Source: Ferruginibacter sp.
Lineage (GTDB): Bacteria; Bacteroidota; Bacteroidia; Chitinophagales; Chitinophagaceae
Direction: 5' to 3'
Length of the DNA: 64,000 nucleotides
Assembly: GCA_031408295.1 (NCBI GenBank)
Contig: JANNVW010000103.1
Coordinates: 9,270 to 73,269, forward strand
The notes beneath the pieces are model-generated. The model was given only the letters and a program-made list of their open reading frames with translations. It was not told the origin of the DNA and made no database searches. The translations under genes and the position numbers were made by a program. Positions 1 to 10,082 of this stretch are shown one piece after another; position 1 is the stretch's first letter, and the number at the start of each line of letters is the position of its first letter.

Positions 1-1
1 C

Positions 2-328
2 GATAAAGGCGCAGGCTTATACCTAGCACAACTGGTGCGTATGCAAGAAGAAATAGGAACTGGCGGCGGCGGCTTTAGATATATTTATGCAGCATTTTTA
101 CAGCAAGCAAATACGTTTCATGCTAAAGATGAATTGCTAGAGATATCTAAAAGCTTTACAAAATCTGGAGATCTTTGGCGTGATGCAGCAGTGCAAGCAG
201 CAGGTATTTACAAAGGTAGAATTGGTAGCCAAGCTGACTATAATGTAATGGGTGATTATTTAATTGAAATATCAGCAATAGAAAAAAAGGCATTTCAGGC
301 ATTGGAAAAAATAAAATGGAATTCATGA
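2..328 (+). CDS. 3' fragment of a conserved hypothetical protein (5' end outside window); possibly BtrH_N/DUF4872-like
   Basis: Frame is open from nt 2 to the stop at 326-328 and overlaps the start of the downstream ABC ATPase gene. The family guess is from memory only. Confidence 0.35.
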   Translation, partial: DKGAGLYLAQLVRMQEEIGTGGGGFRYIYAAFLQQANTFHAKDELLEISKSFTKSGDLWRDAAVQAAGIYKGRIGSQADYNVMGDYLIEISAIEKKAFQALEKIKWNS

Positions 329-1074
329 GCCAAGCCGCAGTATGTATTAAAAATTTAGGATTTAAATACAAAGGGCAAGCCAGCAATTGCTTAAACAACC
401 TCAATTTAGAAATAAACCAAGGAGAGCGTTTTGGCTTGTTTGGACCCAATGGTGCTGGCAAAACTACACTCATGAATTGTATGACTGGGCTACTAAATTA
501 CCAACAAGGAAGTATAAAACTTTTTGGGCAAGAGGTAAGTTCCCACAAAAAAATAATCAATAAACTTTTTGGATTTGTACCACAAGATTTTTCGCTGTAC
601 CAAGAATTAAGCCCACGAGAAAACCTCGCTTTTTTTGGTGCTTGGTCTGGTATGAATAAGCAAGCTATCGAAAAAAAATCTGCTGAATTGTTGGATGTGC
701 TTGGTCTTGCTGATGTAGCCAATAAACAAATACACAAATTTTCTGGTGGTATGAAACGCAGGGTAAACCTTGCTATTGGCGTTATACATGACCCTAAAAT
801 ATTATTTTTAGATGAGCCAACCGTGGGTGTAGATATTCATACAAGGCAAGCAATTATTACATATTTAAAAGCGCTAAACGAAAAAGGTACTACCCTTATT
901 TATACATCGCACCAACTTAGTGAGGCAGAAGATTTGTGTACTAAAATAGCACTTATAGATGAGGGTACTATTTTAATGCATGATAGCTTAAGTACATTAT
1001 TGGTAGAACATAGTCAGGAAGGATTAGAAGGATTGTTTATTAATTTAACAGGTAAAAACTACAGAGATGCTTAA
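316..1074 (+). CDS. ABC transporter ATP-binding protein
   Basis: Walker A GPNGAGKTT, ABC signature FSGGMKRR, Walker B ILFLDEPT. Its stop overlaps the permease start (ATGA-type junction at 1074). Confidence 0.9.
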   Translation: MEFMSQAAVCIKNLGFKYKGQASNCLNNLNLEINQGERFGLFGPNGAGKTTLMNCMTGLLNYQQGSIKLFGQEVSSHKKIINKLFGFVPQDFSLYQELSPRENLAFFGAWSGMNKQAIEKKSAELLDVLGLADVANKQIHKFSGGMKRRVNLAIGVIHDPKILFLDEPTVGVDIHTRQAIITYLKALNEKGTTLIYTSHQLSEAEDLCTKIALIDEGTILMHDSLSTLLVEHSQEGLEGLFINLTGKNYRDA

Positions 1075-2354
1075 TGTTTAAATTAAAAGCTACCATATTA
1101 AAAGATATACAAATTTTAACCCGAGATAGGGTTGGGTTACTGGTTATGTTCTTAATGCCTATTTTATTAGCCATTGTAATAACAGCTACGCAGAATAGCA
1201 CTTTTGAGTTGGTAAATAAAAACAAAGTGCCATTACTAATATGCAATAAAGACACAGGCGCTGTAAGCAAACAGCTAATAGCAGCTATTGAAAAAGTTGG
1301 TATGTTTGAACTAAAAAACCTAACAGCAAACTGCAGTGAAAAACTCATTGCAGAAAAGATGCATGAAAAAGAAGCACTGATAGCTATTGTAATTCCGTCA
1401 GATTTTTCGGCGAAAACAATAGCAAAAGCGGAAGCTACTGCTGCCGAGGCGTTAAATAATTTTGGCATGCAGACAGATACTACAAAGGCTTCTAAAGATA
1501 GTTTGCAACCCATAAATTTATTGTATCATCCCGTTCTGCAATTCTCTTTTAGACAATCCATACAAGGTGCTATGCGTAGCGCTTTGCAAATGGTACAAAG
1601 CAAACAGGTATTAAAAAGTTTATACTTTTCTTTAAACGAAAAAGAATTACCCGAGAGTTTAGAAAATGAAATAGTAAACAACCAAGCTGTAATAAACGAA
1701 ATACCCATTTCGAGAGATGGTAGCAAAACAATACCAAATGCTACACAGCACAACATTCCAGCATGGACAATTTTTGCTATGTTTTTTGTAGTAATTTCTT
1801 TAGGAAGTACGGTGGTTAGAGAAAAATTAAACGGTAGTTTTATTAGGTTAAAAACATTGCCTACCAATTATTTGCTTTCGTTAATATCTAAACAAATTAC
1901 CTATTTGATGGTAACGCTTTTGCAAGCTGCTACTATTTTTGCTATTGGCGTATACCTTTTCCCATCATTGGGTTTGCCCAAGCTTAATTTACCATCCGAC
2001 TTATTTGGACTTTTTATTGTATCGCTTATATGCGGCTGGTGTGCAGTAAGCTTTGCCATATTGGTGGGTGTATTTGCACAAACGCAAGAGCAAGCAAATG
2101 GCATAGGCGCTGTTTCTATTGTAATGATGTCTGCTATTGGTGGTTTGCTGGTGCCAAGTTTTGCTATGCCAGAATCTTTTCAATACATTATAAAAATTTC
2201 GCCATTGCATTGGTGTTTGGAGGCGTATTATGGTTTGTTTCTTGAAGGGAGTAAACTCAAGGATATTGTATTAAATCTTTTACCTTTACTGGGTATTACA
2301 CTTTTTATTCAGTTAATTGCATTGTTTGGTTTAAAAAGAAAGAATTTAATTTAA
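1074..2354 (+). CDS. ABC-2 type transporter permease
   Basis: N-terminal TM helix, a large extracytoplasmic loop, then about 5 C-terminal TM helices. Translationally coupled to the ATPase. Confidence 0.75.
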   Translation: MFKLKATILKDIQILTRDRVGLLVMFLMPILLAIVITATQNSTFELVNKNKVPLLICNKDTGAVSKQLIAAIEKVGMFELKNLTANCSEKLIAEKMHEKEALIAIVIPSDFSAKTIAKAEATAAEALNNFGMQTDTTKASKDSLQPINLLYHPVLQFSFRQSIQGAMRSALQMVQSKQVLKSLYFSLNEKELPESLENEIVNNQAVINEIPISRDGSKTIPNATQHNIPAWTIFAMFFVVISLGSTVVREKLNGSFIRLKTLPTNYLLSLISKQITYLMVTLLQAATIFAIGVYLFPSLGLPKLNLPSDLFGLFIVSLICGWCAVSFAILVGVFAQTQEQANGIGAVSIVMMSAIGGLLVPSFAMPESFQYIIKISPLHWCLEAYYGLFLEGSKLKDIVLNLLPLLGITLFIQLIALFGLKRKNLI

Positions 2355-2420
2355 GAAAACCGAGGAGCTATTAAACAAAGAATAGGTTTAAAAACTAATT
2401 GAACACTGGAAATAATAAAT

Positions 2421-2684
2421 ATGGAGACGATAGAATTAAAAACACAATTGAAAAAGCAAATAGTAGAATTTTTAAACTTACTATCTGTAAAGCCTGAAGA
2501 TATTAAAGATGATGAACCCCTTTTTGGAGAAGGGCTAGGATTAGATTCTATAGACTCTATTGAGCTTATTGTGTTGCTAAACAGAGAATACGGCATTGTT
2601 ATAGAAGACCCAAAAGAAGGTCGCAAGGTATTAGTAGATATAAATACCATGGCTGATTATATTGAAAAAAACAGAAAAAAATAA
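2421..2684 (+). CDS. acyl carrier protein
   Basis: 87 aa, acidic, with phosphopantetheine-attachment motif LGLDSIDSIELI. Confidence 0.85.
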   Translation: METIELKTQLKKQIVEFLNLLSVKPEDIKDDEPLFGEGLGLDSIDSIELIVLLNREYGIVIEDPKEGRKVLVDINTMADYIEKNRKK

Positions 2685-3882
2685 TACCACTTTATTGAGC
2701 CGGATTGTTGTTACAGGAATGGGAATAATAAGTGCCATCGGAAATTCGGTAGCAGAAAATCATATGTCCCTTAAAGGAGAAAAAAATGGTATAACAGATT
2801 TAGAAATGTTTCCCTCCAATTTTGCTGGTAAAATGCCTGTAGGCGAAATTAAAATTAGCAACGAAGATTTAATAAAGAAACTTGATGTAGATGTGTCAGG
2901 TATTACACGCACTACTTTATTGGCAATTCATGCCATAGAAGAAGCCCTCCAAGATAGTAAACTTACCAATACGCAAATTGCAGATTTTGACACAGCCCTT
3001 ATTACTGCAACTACCGTTGGTGGAATGTGCTTGACAGATGAAATGTATAACGATTCTCAAAAAGACTCCATAGGCTCAGCATACCTTTCTTCTTACGATT
3101 ATGGTGCTACCAATATGGTTTTGCAAAAGCGTTACAATTTAAAAGGGCAAATAAATACCATCAACACAGCATGTTCATCTTCTGCCAATGCAATAATGTA
3201 TGGCGCAAGACTCATACAATCTGGTAGGGCTCGTAGGGCTATTGTTGGCGGTGTAGACAGTTTGGCAAAGTTTACCATTAATGGATTTAATGCGTTACAT
3301 ATTTTATCGCCAAATATTTGTATGCCATTTGATGAAGGTAGAACTGGTTTAAACTTAGGCGAGGGAGCTGCATACCTAGTTTTAGAAAGAGAAGAAGATG
3401 TGGTTGGTAAAAAAAAATATGCATCGCTAAGTGGTTATTGCAATGCAAACGATGCCTACCATGCTTCCTCATTATCAGACGAGGCTGATGGGCCGTATTA
3501 TGCTATGAAAGGTGCACTTGATGTGGCAAAACTAAACCCATCCCAAATAGATTTTATAAATGCACATGGTACTGCCACAGAAAATAATGATAAAATAGAA
3601 AGCGTAGCAATGCTTCGGCTGTTTGATAAACCACCTGCATTTGCTTCTACCAAAGGCAATGTTGGGCATACCCTTGGTGCGGCTGGCTCTATCGAAGCCG
3701 TTTATTGTATTTTAAATTTAGTGCATCAAGAACTTTATGCAGGGCTTCATTTTAAGAACCCCATTACAGCATTAGGCTTAATGCCTATTACGGCTTACAA
3801 AAAAACAGCACTCACACATATCATGTCCAACTCATTTGGTTTTGGCGGCAATTGTTCATCACTCCTTTTTTCCAAAGTTTGA
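2662..3882 (+). CDS. beta-ketoacyl-ACP synthase (FabF/KS-alpha like)
   Basis: Active-site Cys in NTACSSSANAI, His motifs HGTAT and GHTLGAAG, C-terminal SNSFGFGGNCSS. Confidence 0.9.
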   Translation: MKKTEKNNTTLLSRIVVTGMGIISAIGNSVAENHMSLKGEKNGITDLEMFPSNFAGKMPVGEIKISNEDLIKKLDVDVSGITRTTLLAIHAIEEALQDSKLTNTQIADFDTALITATTVGGMCLTDEMYNDSQKDSIGSAYLSSYDYGATNMVLQKRYNLKGQINTINTACSSSANAIMYGARLIQSGRARRAIVGGVDSLAKFTINGFNALHILSPNICMPFDEGRTGLNLGEGAAYLVLEREEDVVGKKKYASLSGYCNANDAYHASSLSDEADGPYYAMKGALDVAKLNPSQIDFINAHGTATENNDKIESVAMLRLFDKPPAFASTKGNVGHTLGAAGSIEAVYCILNLVHQELYAGLHFKNPITALGLMPITAYKKTALTHIMSNSFGFGGNCSSLLFSKV

Positions 3883-3886
3883 TATT

Positions 3887-4924
3887 ATGTTTTATATTCA
3901 TCAATCATCATCTATATGGACGCAAGAAAATTTTGCAGCTACAGATTTTAATGAACCTGTAGATAGAAAAATATTTGCATTGGAACCTGCTTACCAAGAT
4001 ATACCACCTGGTATATTAAGAAGAATGGGTAAAGCGGTAAGAATGGGCGTGGGTGCAGCTATGCCATTGCTACAAAATAATGTGAAACCTAACGGTATCA
4101 TTATAGGCACTACCAATAGTGGCAAAGAAGATTGTGTAAAATTTTTAAACCAAATAGTAGATTATAATGAGGGAATGCTCACCCCAATAAATTTTGTACA
4201 AAGCACACCCAATGCTACTGCCGCACAAATTGGATTGCTTACAAAAAACCATGGTTACAATATTACGCATACACAGTTGGGGCTTGCCTTTGAGTTTGCG
4301 GCAATAGATGCGGATATGCTTTTGCTAGAAAACCCATTGCACAATTATTTACTTGGTGCTGTAGATGATATTTCTACATTCAATTATAATTTTGAAGATA
4401 AGGCTGGAGCTTATAAAAAAGAAGATATTTCTACTAAAAATTTATATGAATCCAATACACCTGGTTGCATTGCAGGTGAGGCTGCTACCATGTTTTTAGT
4501 AAATAAAAATGCACAAAATGCTATTGCAAAACTTGTAGCTATTGATACTTTGCATAACGAAGATGAGCAAATACTGAAAGAAAAGCTACAATATTTTATT
4601 GAAAACAATTTACCCAATGGCGAAAAGATAGATTTGCTTTTGTCTGGCGAAAATGGCGACAATCGTTTAAACAAATATTACACAACTTGCGAAGCGGTAT
4701 TAAATGAAACAACATCTATTGTTCGCTATAAACATCTTACCGGTGAGTACCCAACAGCAACAGCCATGGGGCTTGTACTTGCTTGTACTATTTTACAAAC
4801 ACAACAATTGCCAACTACAATAATAAAAAGAAAGGGCAATAATGTAGCTTATAGAAATATTTTAATCTACAATAATTATAAAGCTGTTCAACACAGTTTT
4901 ATGCTGGTTTCAATTCCGAATTAG
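3887..4924 (+). CDS. KS-related protein lacking the catalytic Cys (chain-length-factor-like, Ketoacyl-synt_2-type)
   Basis: ATG at 3887 lies 4 nt after the KS stop, and the track ORF start at 3836 overlaps the KS. Paralogous to 12069-13127 (shared RRMGKAVRMGVGAA / RRMSRIIKMGVAAA and TPxxFxQSTxN). Confidence 0.7.
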   Translation: MFYIHQSSSIWTQENFAATDFNEPVDRKIFALEPAYQDIPPGILRRMGKAVRMGVGAAMPLLQNNVKPNGIIIGTTNSGKEDCVKFLNQIVDYNEGMLTPINFVQSTPNATAAQIGLLTKNHGYNITHTQLGLAFEFAAIDADMLLLENPLHNYLLGAVDDISTFNYNFEDKAGAYKKEDISTKNLYESNTPGCIAGEAATMFLVNKNAQNAIAKLVAIDTLHNEDEQILKEKLQYFIENNLPNGEKIDLLLSGENGDNRLNKYYTTCEAVLNETTSIVRYKHLTGEYPTATAMGLVLACTILQTQQLPTTIIKRKGNNVAYRNILIYNNYKAVQHSFMLVSIPN

Positions 4925-6602
4925 TTTTTACTGCATTATCAGCTCGCCTTTTTTTATCGGCAATTTTTTGCTGCAACCAATCTGGCCAATGGGTATTGTT
5001 TTCTGCATCATAAATACGTACGGCTTGTGTTTCATCGGGCTGTATTAAATCTTCTTCGGTGCAGTTTAAAATAACGGCTGCTGTTTTTACACCAGAATAG
5101 CTAGAGCCTGCCACGCCATGAGACATGATGCTACCTCCGCACATATACAAGTTTTCTATTTCTGTTTTGGCTTGAAAAGAAAATGGCCCTGTTTGCATAA
5201 AACTTTTGTCGGTACCATAGGAGCTACCTTTTGTGGCATTTATATAATGTTCGTTTGTGGTGGGCGTGCCAAGTTCTAATCGCACAATATTATTACGAAC
5301 ACCAGGAACTACTTTTTCAAAACTATTTACAAAAACTTCGCATAGTCTTTCTTTAAGTTTTTTATATGCTGCGGCATACCCATCTCCTTCTGGAAGTTTA
5401 GATTTAAAAGAATCGTAATCAATAAAAGTAATTACTTCAAGAATATGTTCCCGCCCATTGAAACTTGATGGGTCTTTTATGGAAGAACAGTTAATAAAAA
5501 GGGAAGCAAATTCATTTTTTTCTAAAATATAATCTACTGTTAGATTTTTGTACACTTCATCCATATCTATATTTGGCATTTTCCAAATATTACCAGAGTC
5601 TAAGCCTGCGGCTTTCAAATCCATATCTATTGTCAAAAAAAACATGAGCGAGGTAAGTGAATAGTTTGTTTTCGCTAATTTTTCATTTAACTTTTTACTC
5701 AAGTTTTCTGCGCCTATCAATTTATTAAAAGTAACCGTAGGGTCTGCATTTGATATAACTCTTGTAGCAGTTAATTTTTCACCATTTTGTAATTCTACAC
5801 CTACTGCACGAAATTTATTTTTCCCTTTTTTCTCTTCAAAAGATTCCAACAAAATACGTTTTACACCCACACCTGTTCTTACTTCGCTGCCGTATTTTTT
5901 TATTTTATTTGTCATGGCTTTTACAATGGCAGCACCGCCACCCATTGGATAAAACCCACCTTCAAAGTAATGATCCATTAAAGCACAATGGTAAGCAAAA
6001 CTTGCTTTAGAAGGTGACTGACCATGATCGCCACATTGTATATTGATAACTTTTTGTAATAGCGGGTCTTTAATATGCCAGCCTACAACTCGCTTTAAAC
6101 TAAATAATGCAAATTTTCCCAAATGCCTTGTACGATATGGTATAGTAATATTATCCCAAAATCCTTTCATTTTTGGAATGAGATGTATTTCCCTACTTAC
6201 ATTTTTAACAAGTGCTAAATACTTTTTTAACCGCTTTTTTTCTTTGGGGAAACGCTCAGATAGCGATTCGTATAAATTATCTATTCCAGCAGGCATATCT
6301 ACTTTTTCATCGCCAATCCAACAATGCTCATATGCTTTGGGGTTCATTCTAAAAAAAACCAACTCGTTGGCAATGCCAAGTCCTCTGTAAAGGTTGCTGG
6401 TAGATTGTCCCTCATCTACCAATCCGATATAATGTAAGCCGGGGCTAAACCGATGCCCATCTAAATAAAAACTATGACACCAGCCACCTGGTACATAATG
6501 CTGCTCTATTACCGCAACTTTTTGCCCAGCACGGGCAAGACAAATAGCTGCGGATAAGCCGCCAGCACCAGATCCGATTATTATAGTATCGTATGTTTGC
6601 AT
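4899..6602 (-). CDS. FAD-dependent oxidoreductase, phytoene desaturase (CrtI)-like
   Basis: N-terminal Rossmann motif IIIGSGAGGLSAA...EQH. 567 aa, a typical companion of flexirubin/aryl-polyene clusters. Confidence 0.8.
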   Translation of the reverse strand: MQTYDTIIIGSGAGGLSAAICLARAGQKVAVIEQHYVPGGWCHSFYLDGHRFSPGLHYIGLVDEGQSTSNLYRGLGIANELVFFRMNPKAYEHCWIGDEKVDMPAGIDNLYESLSERFPKEKKRLKKYLALVKNVSREIHLIPKMKGFWDNITIPYRTRHLGKFALFSLKRVVGWHIKDPLLQKVINIQCGDHGQSPSKASFAYHCALMDHYFEGGFYPMGGGAAIVKAMTNKIKKYGSEVRTGVGVKRILLESFEEKKGKNKFRAVGVELQNGEKLTATRVISNADPTVTFNKLIGAENLSKKLNEKLAKTNYSLTSLMFFLTIDMDLKAAGLDSGNIWKMPNIDMDEVYKNLTVDYILEKNEFASLFINCSSIKDPSSFNGREHILEVITFIDYDSFKSKLPEGDGYAAAYKKLKERLCEVFVNSFEKVVPGVRNNIVRLELGTPTTNEHYINATKGSSYGTDKSFMQTGPFSFQAKTEIENLYMCGGSIMSHGVAGSSYSGVKTAAVILNCTEEDLIQPDETQAVRIYDAENNTHWPDWLQQKIADKKRRADNAVKTNSELKPA

Positions 6603-6732
6603 AAGTTATATCGAAGATACTATTTTTCATTTTATTAGGATTTGATTTTAAAAAAAGAGTGCGATACATCAATACAAAACTGTAAATACACTTTCAACTA
6701 AGTAGTAATTCTGCTGTTTATAACTTTTGATA

Positions 6733-6803
6733 ACACGTCTCGGCGGGGTTTTCACCGCATTCACTACAAAGTTTTATAAACTTTGTGTGAAACCCCGACG
6801 TGT
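6733..6803. repeat. GGGGTTT(T)CAC ... GTGAAACCCC palindromic hairpin element (copy A)
   Basis: Arms acacgtctcggcggggttttcac (6733-6755) and gtgaaaccccgacgtgt (6787-6803). The loop holds a nested near-palindrome, acaaagttttataaactttgt. Confidence 0.8.
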
Positions 6804-6881
6804 AAAAGAACTTCATATTATTAGATAGTAAAATAAAGCAGATATAAGTTTGAATTTATTAAAATCAAGGTTTTATTACAA

Positions 6882-6941
6882 GTCGGGGTTTCGCCACAAG
6901 CTTTTTTATAATTTTAATAATTTGCTGGCGAAAACCCCGCC
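6882..6941. repeat. GGGGTTTCGC ... GCGAAAACCCC palindromic hairpin element (copy B)
   Basis: Arms gtcggggtttcgcca (6882-6896) and tggcgaaaaccccgcc (6926-6941), with an AT-rich 29-nt loop. Confidence 0.8.
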
Positions 6942-6988
6942 AAGACGAACTTTGGACAATACGAAGATTTTAGTAACTAAGAATTACA

Positions 6989-7981
6989 CTAAAATCTGTA
7001 GGCAACATTAATACTACCTTCTTTATAACGGTTGTATATTTTACTTTGATATAGCAATGATGTGTTTGTATCACTAATAAATTCTAAAGTAGCATAATAT
7101 TTTTTTGCATTTATACCAGTTACAATTTTCATACGGTTACCCCAGTTGAGATTAGGTCCCTTATGTGTTTTATCTAGCTCCTTAAAGCTATGTATATCTG
7201 CCCCAAGACCTAAATAAAATGCTGGCGCAATGAAATATTTACCTTTTTTAAAGGTAAAATTATAAATATAGCCAGGTCTAAATTGCAAGCTATAAAGGTT
7301 TATATTTTTACTAGCCGCTTCGCTACCTGTAAAATGATATTTACTCACCGAATCTGGTATAATACTTTGTGTACTATAAATTTTGCGAAACAATGCTGTT
7401 GTAAGCAACATAAAAGACCCCTGCTTTTTCAACTGTAATAAGCCTTGGCTATTAGCTGCCAAGTATGAAAACTTTTTGCTGTTAAAAATTTTGTACACAT
7501 GAGCGCCTATTGTTAGCATACGCATATCTCTTCGATCAGCATATTGCATTGGCTCCAAAGTTTTGGTAAGTAAACCTTTATTAAAATTAAAAAAACCAGT
7601 AATACCCCATTTACTAGAAAACTGATTTACAAAAAAAGAGTATGCCTTTACTTTAGTATTACCTTTTGGCACAAGTTGCGTATTTGGTACTGTAGTTTCA
7701 AAATACAAACTTAATTTTTTGTACTTAATATTAGTACCTACAAAAGCGGCAGCGTTACTAGCCAGTTGTACCTGCTTCATTTGAGGGCTTACATTTTTAT
7801 TACGTGATATAAAATTCAGTTGCCTACTAAATAGGCCAGTATATAATTGAGCGTAATTTTTTTTTGCCAAAGGCCTTACATAAGCTGTGTCGTGTTGTGC
7901 AAGTGTAGCTATGCTTATAACTATGCACGATAATAAGCTTATTATAGACTTTTGGTATTTGTATTGTCGCATATTTAACAA
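6989..7981 (-). CDS. putative outer-membrane beta-barrel protein (possibly DUF4421-like)
   Basis: Signal peptide ...IVISIATLAQ, alternating aromatic/polar strand pattern, C-terminal ...VAYRF. Confidence 0.5.
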   Translation of the reverse strand: MLNMRQYKYQKSIISLLSCIVISIATLAQHDTAYVRPLAKKNYAQLYTGLFSRQLNFISRNKNVSPQMKQVQLASNAAAFVGTNIKYKKLSLYFETTVPNTQLVPKGNTKVKAYSFFVNQFSSKWGITGFFNFNKGLLTKTLEPMQYADRRDMRMLTIGAHVYKIFNSKKFSYLAANSQGLLQLKKQGSFMLLTTALFRKIYSTQSIIPDSVSKYHFTGSEAASKNINLYSLQFRPGYIYNFTFKKGKYFIAPAFYLGLGADIHSFKELDKTHKGPNLNWGNRMKIVTGINAKKYYATLEFISDTNTSLLYQSKIYNRYKEGSINVAYRF

Positions 7982-8281
7982 TAAGAAGTTGTTTAGAGAA
8001 TATAATTCAAGTATTTAATACATAGATTACCGTTTTTTAGTTACAAAATTTATGGAGGTATAGATTTTTAAGACCGTAGTTATTTGTGCAATTGCTGTAT
8101 GTAATTCTATCGTTTTATTATTGGCATAGCCACTTACCTTTGCCAGTATTAATGTATTAGATAAAGTAGTTAATGATATACACGAATGATTCAAAAAAAC
8201 TGGATATCTTTATTCTCGTACTTAGCCAAGTTAACCTGCGTAAATACAATTAATGTTTAAAACCAACAGCTAATTTCTCTT

Positions 8282-9745
8282 ATGAAAAAAAAATGGATTA
8301 GTCTTTTTTATATTTTAATGGTGGTAGGCTTATTGGCCGTTATTTTTTGGGTTGTAGAAAAAGGTAGAGGGCTGCAAAATGCAGCAGCTCTTGTGCAACC
8401 ACAAACGGCAAAAGATACAACCTCCGTTAGTAGCTTTCAGGTATTTTCGCATTCGTTTAAAGATAATCTCTCAGAACCCTTGGCTGTATTGCTTTTGCAG
8501 ATAATTGTAATTATTGCTTTTGCTCGAATATTTGGTTTTTTGTTTAAAAAAATTGGGCAACCTGCTGTTATTGGAGAAATAGTAGCAGGTATTGTTTTAG
8601 GCCCGTCGGTAATTGGGGCTTTCTTCCCACAAATAAATCATTTTTTATTTCCCGCAGCATCACTTGGAGGTCTGCAGTTTCTTAGCCAGATTGGGTTAAT
8701 ATTTTTTATGTTCATCATTGGTATGGAGCTAGATTTAAAAGCCATAAGCAAGCAAGCTTTTGGTGCAGTTATTATTAGTCATGCAAGTATTATTATTCCT
8801 TACACCTTAGGTATGGGGCTAGCCTATTTTATTTACAGAGATTATGCACCCGCAGGTATTTCATTTTTATCTTTCTCTTTGTTTATGGGTATTGCCATGA
8901 GCATTACCGCTTTTCCTGTATTGGCCAGAATATTACAGGAAAAAGGCTTGACAAAATCTAAACTGGGTGCCATGGCTTTAACCTGTGCTGCAGCCGATGA
9001 CCTTACCGCATGGTGTATTTTGGCAGCTGTTATTGCGTTGGTAAAATCGGGTTCATCTACTAGTGTATTTTATACCATTGGGCTTACAGTAGTTTACTTA
9101 ATCGTAATGCTAAAATTGGTGCGCCCACTCTTAGAAAAGCTAGCTATCATTTATACTGATAAAGAAAAAAAGCGAACACCCATTATTGCATTTTTCTTTG
9201 TGTTGCTAATTATTTCTTCGTACATCACATCTATTATTGGTATACATGCTTTATTTGGCGCATTTGTAGCGGGTGTTATAATGCCAGCAAGTTTTAGTTT
9301 TAGGCAAATTGTAATAGATAAAATTGAAGATGTAAGTATCATTTTATTGCTGCCTTTATTTTTTGTAATTACAGGATTAAGAACACAAATTGGCTTATTA
9401 AACGAAGGGTATTTATGGGTTACATTTGGTTGGATAATATTGGTGGCTGTAGCAGGAAAATTTGGGGGTAGTGCGCTAGCAGCAAAAATGGTAGGACAAA
9501 GTTGGAAAGATAGTTTTTCTATAGGTGTATTAATGAACACAAGAGGTTTAATGCAACTGATCGTTTTAAATATTGGTTTCGACCTAGGCATTCTTTCTGC
9601 ACAAATATTTGCTATGATGGTGCTGATGGCGCTTGTTACAACCTTTATGACTGGGCCTGCATTGGATTTGATTAGTTGGGCAATACCAGAGAAAAAGCAA
9701 AACGATACATCTTTTACAGAACCGCCAACACAGCCTTCATCTTAA
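8282..9745 (+). CDS. cation:proton antiporter (CPA2 / Kef-type Na+/H+ exchanger family)
   Basis: About 12 TM helices. Typical motifs QPAVIGEIVAGIVLGPS and FFMFIIGMELD. Confidence 0.85.
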   Translation: MKKKWISLFYILMVVGLLAVIFWVVEKGRGLQNAAALVQPQTAKDTTSVSSFQVFSHSFKDNLSEPLAVLLLQIIVIIAFARIFGFLFKKIGQPAVIGEIVAGIVLGPSVIGAFFPQINHFLFPAASLGGLQFLSQIGLIFFMFIIGMELDLKAISKQAFGAVIISHASIIIPYTLGMGLAYFIYRDYAPAGISFLSFSLFMGIAMSITAFPVLARILQEKGLTKSKLGAMALTCAAADDLTAWCILAAVIALVKSGSSTSVFYTIGLTVVYLIVMLKLVRPLLEKLAIIYTDKEKKRTPIIAFFFVLLIISSYITSIIGIHALFGAFVAGVIMPASFSFRQIVIDKIEDVSIILLLPLFFVITGLRTQIGLLNEGYLWVTFGWIILVAVAGKFGGSALAAKMVGQSWKDSFSIGVLMNTRGLMQLIVLNIGFDLGILSAQIFAMMVLMALVTTFMTGPALDLISWAIPEKKQNDTSFTEPPTQPSS

Positions 9746-10082
9746 AATGCACCAACGCATCTTTAAAAAGTGTGGCAGTTACGTTTACATTACCATTTTC
9801 TTCAATGGCATATTTTAGTGTAGCAGATATTATATTATTTTCCACGGGGTTTATAATGGCAAGAAATTTTATTTCGCTAGAAGATATGAGATTGGTTTTT
9901 TTTGCCAATACTTGTTCCATTATTTCTTTCACCATTTGCATAATGCAAACACCTGGCACTACTGGCTGGCCAGGAAAATGCCCTTCAAATATTTTATGCG
10001 CTACGTTTATTGTTAGCTCAGCTTTTACATCAGCGTCTACAGCTTCTAAATTATTTATTTCAAAAAAATTATCTTGTAACAT
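9714..10082 (-). CDS. 3-hydroxyacyl-ACP dehydratase (FabZ/FabA-like hot-dog fold)
   Basis: Motif HFPGQPVVPGV. 122 aa. Its 3' end overlaps the antiporter 3' end by 32 nt (convergent). Confidence 0.75.
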   Translation of the reverse strand: MLQDNFFEINNLEAVDADVKAELTINVAHKIFEGHFPGQPVVPGVCIMQMVKEIMEQVLAKKTNLISSSEIKFLAIINPVENNIISATLKYAIEENGNVNVTATLFKDALVHFKMKAVLAVL

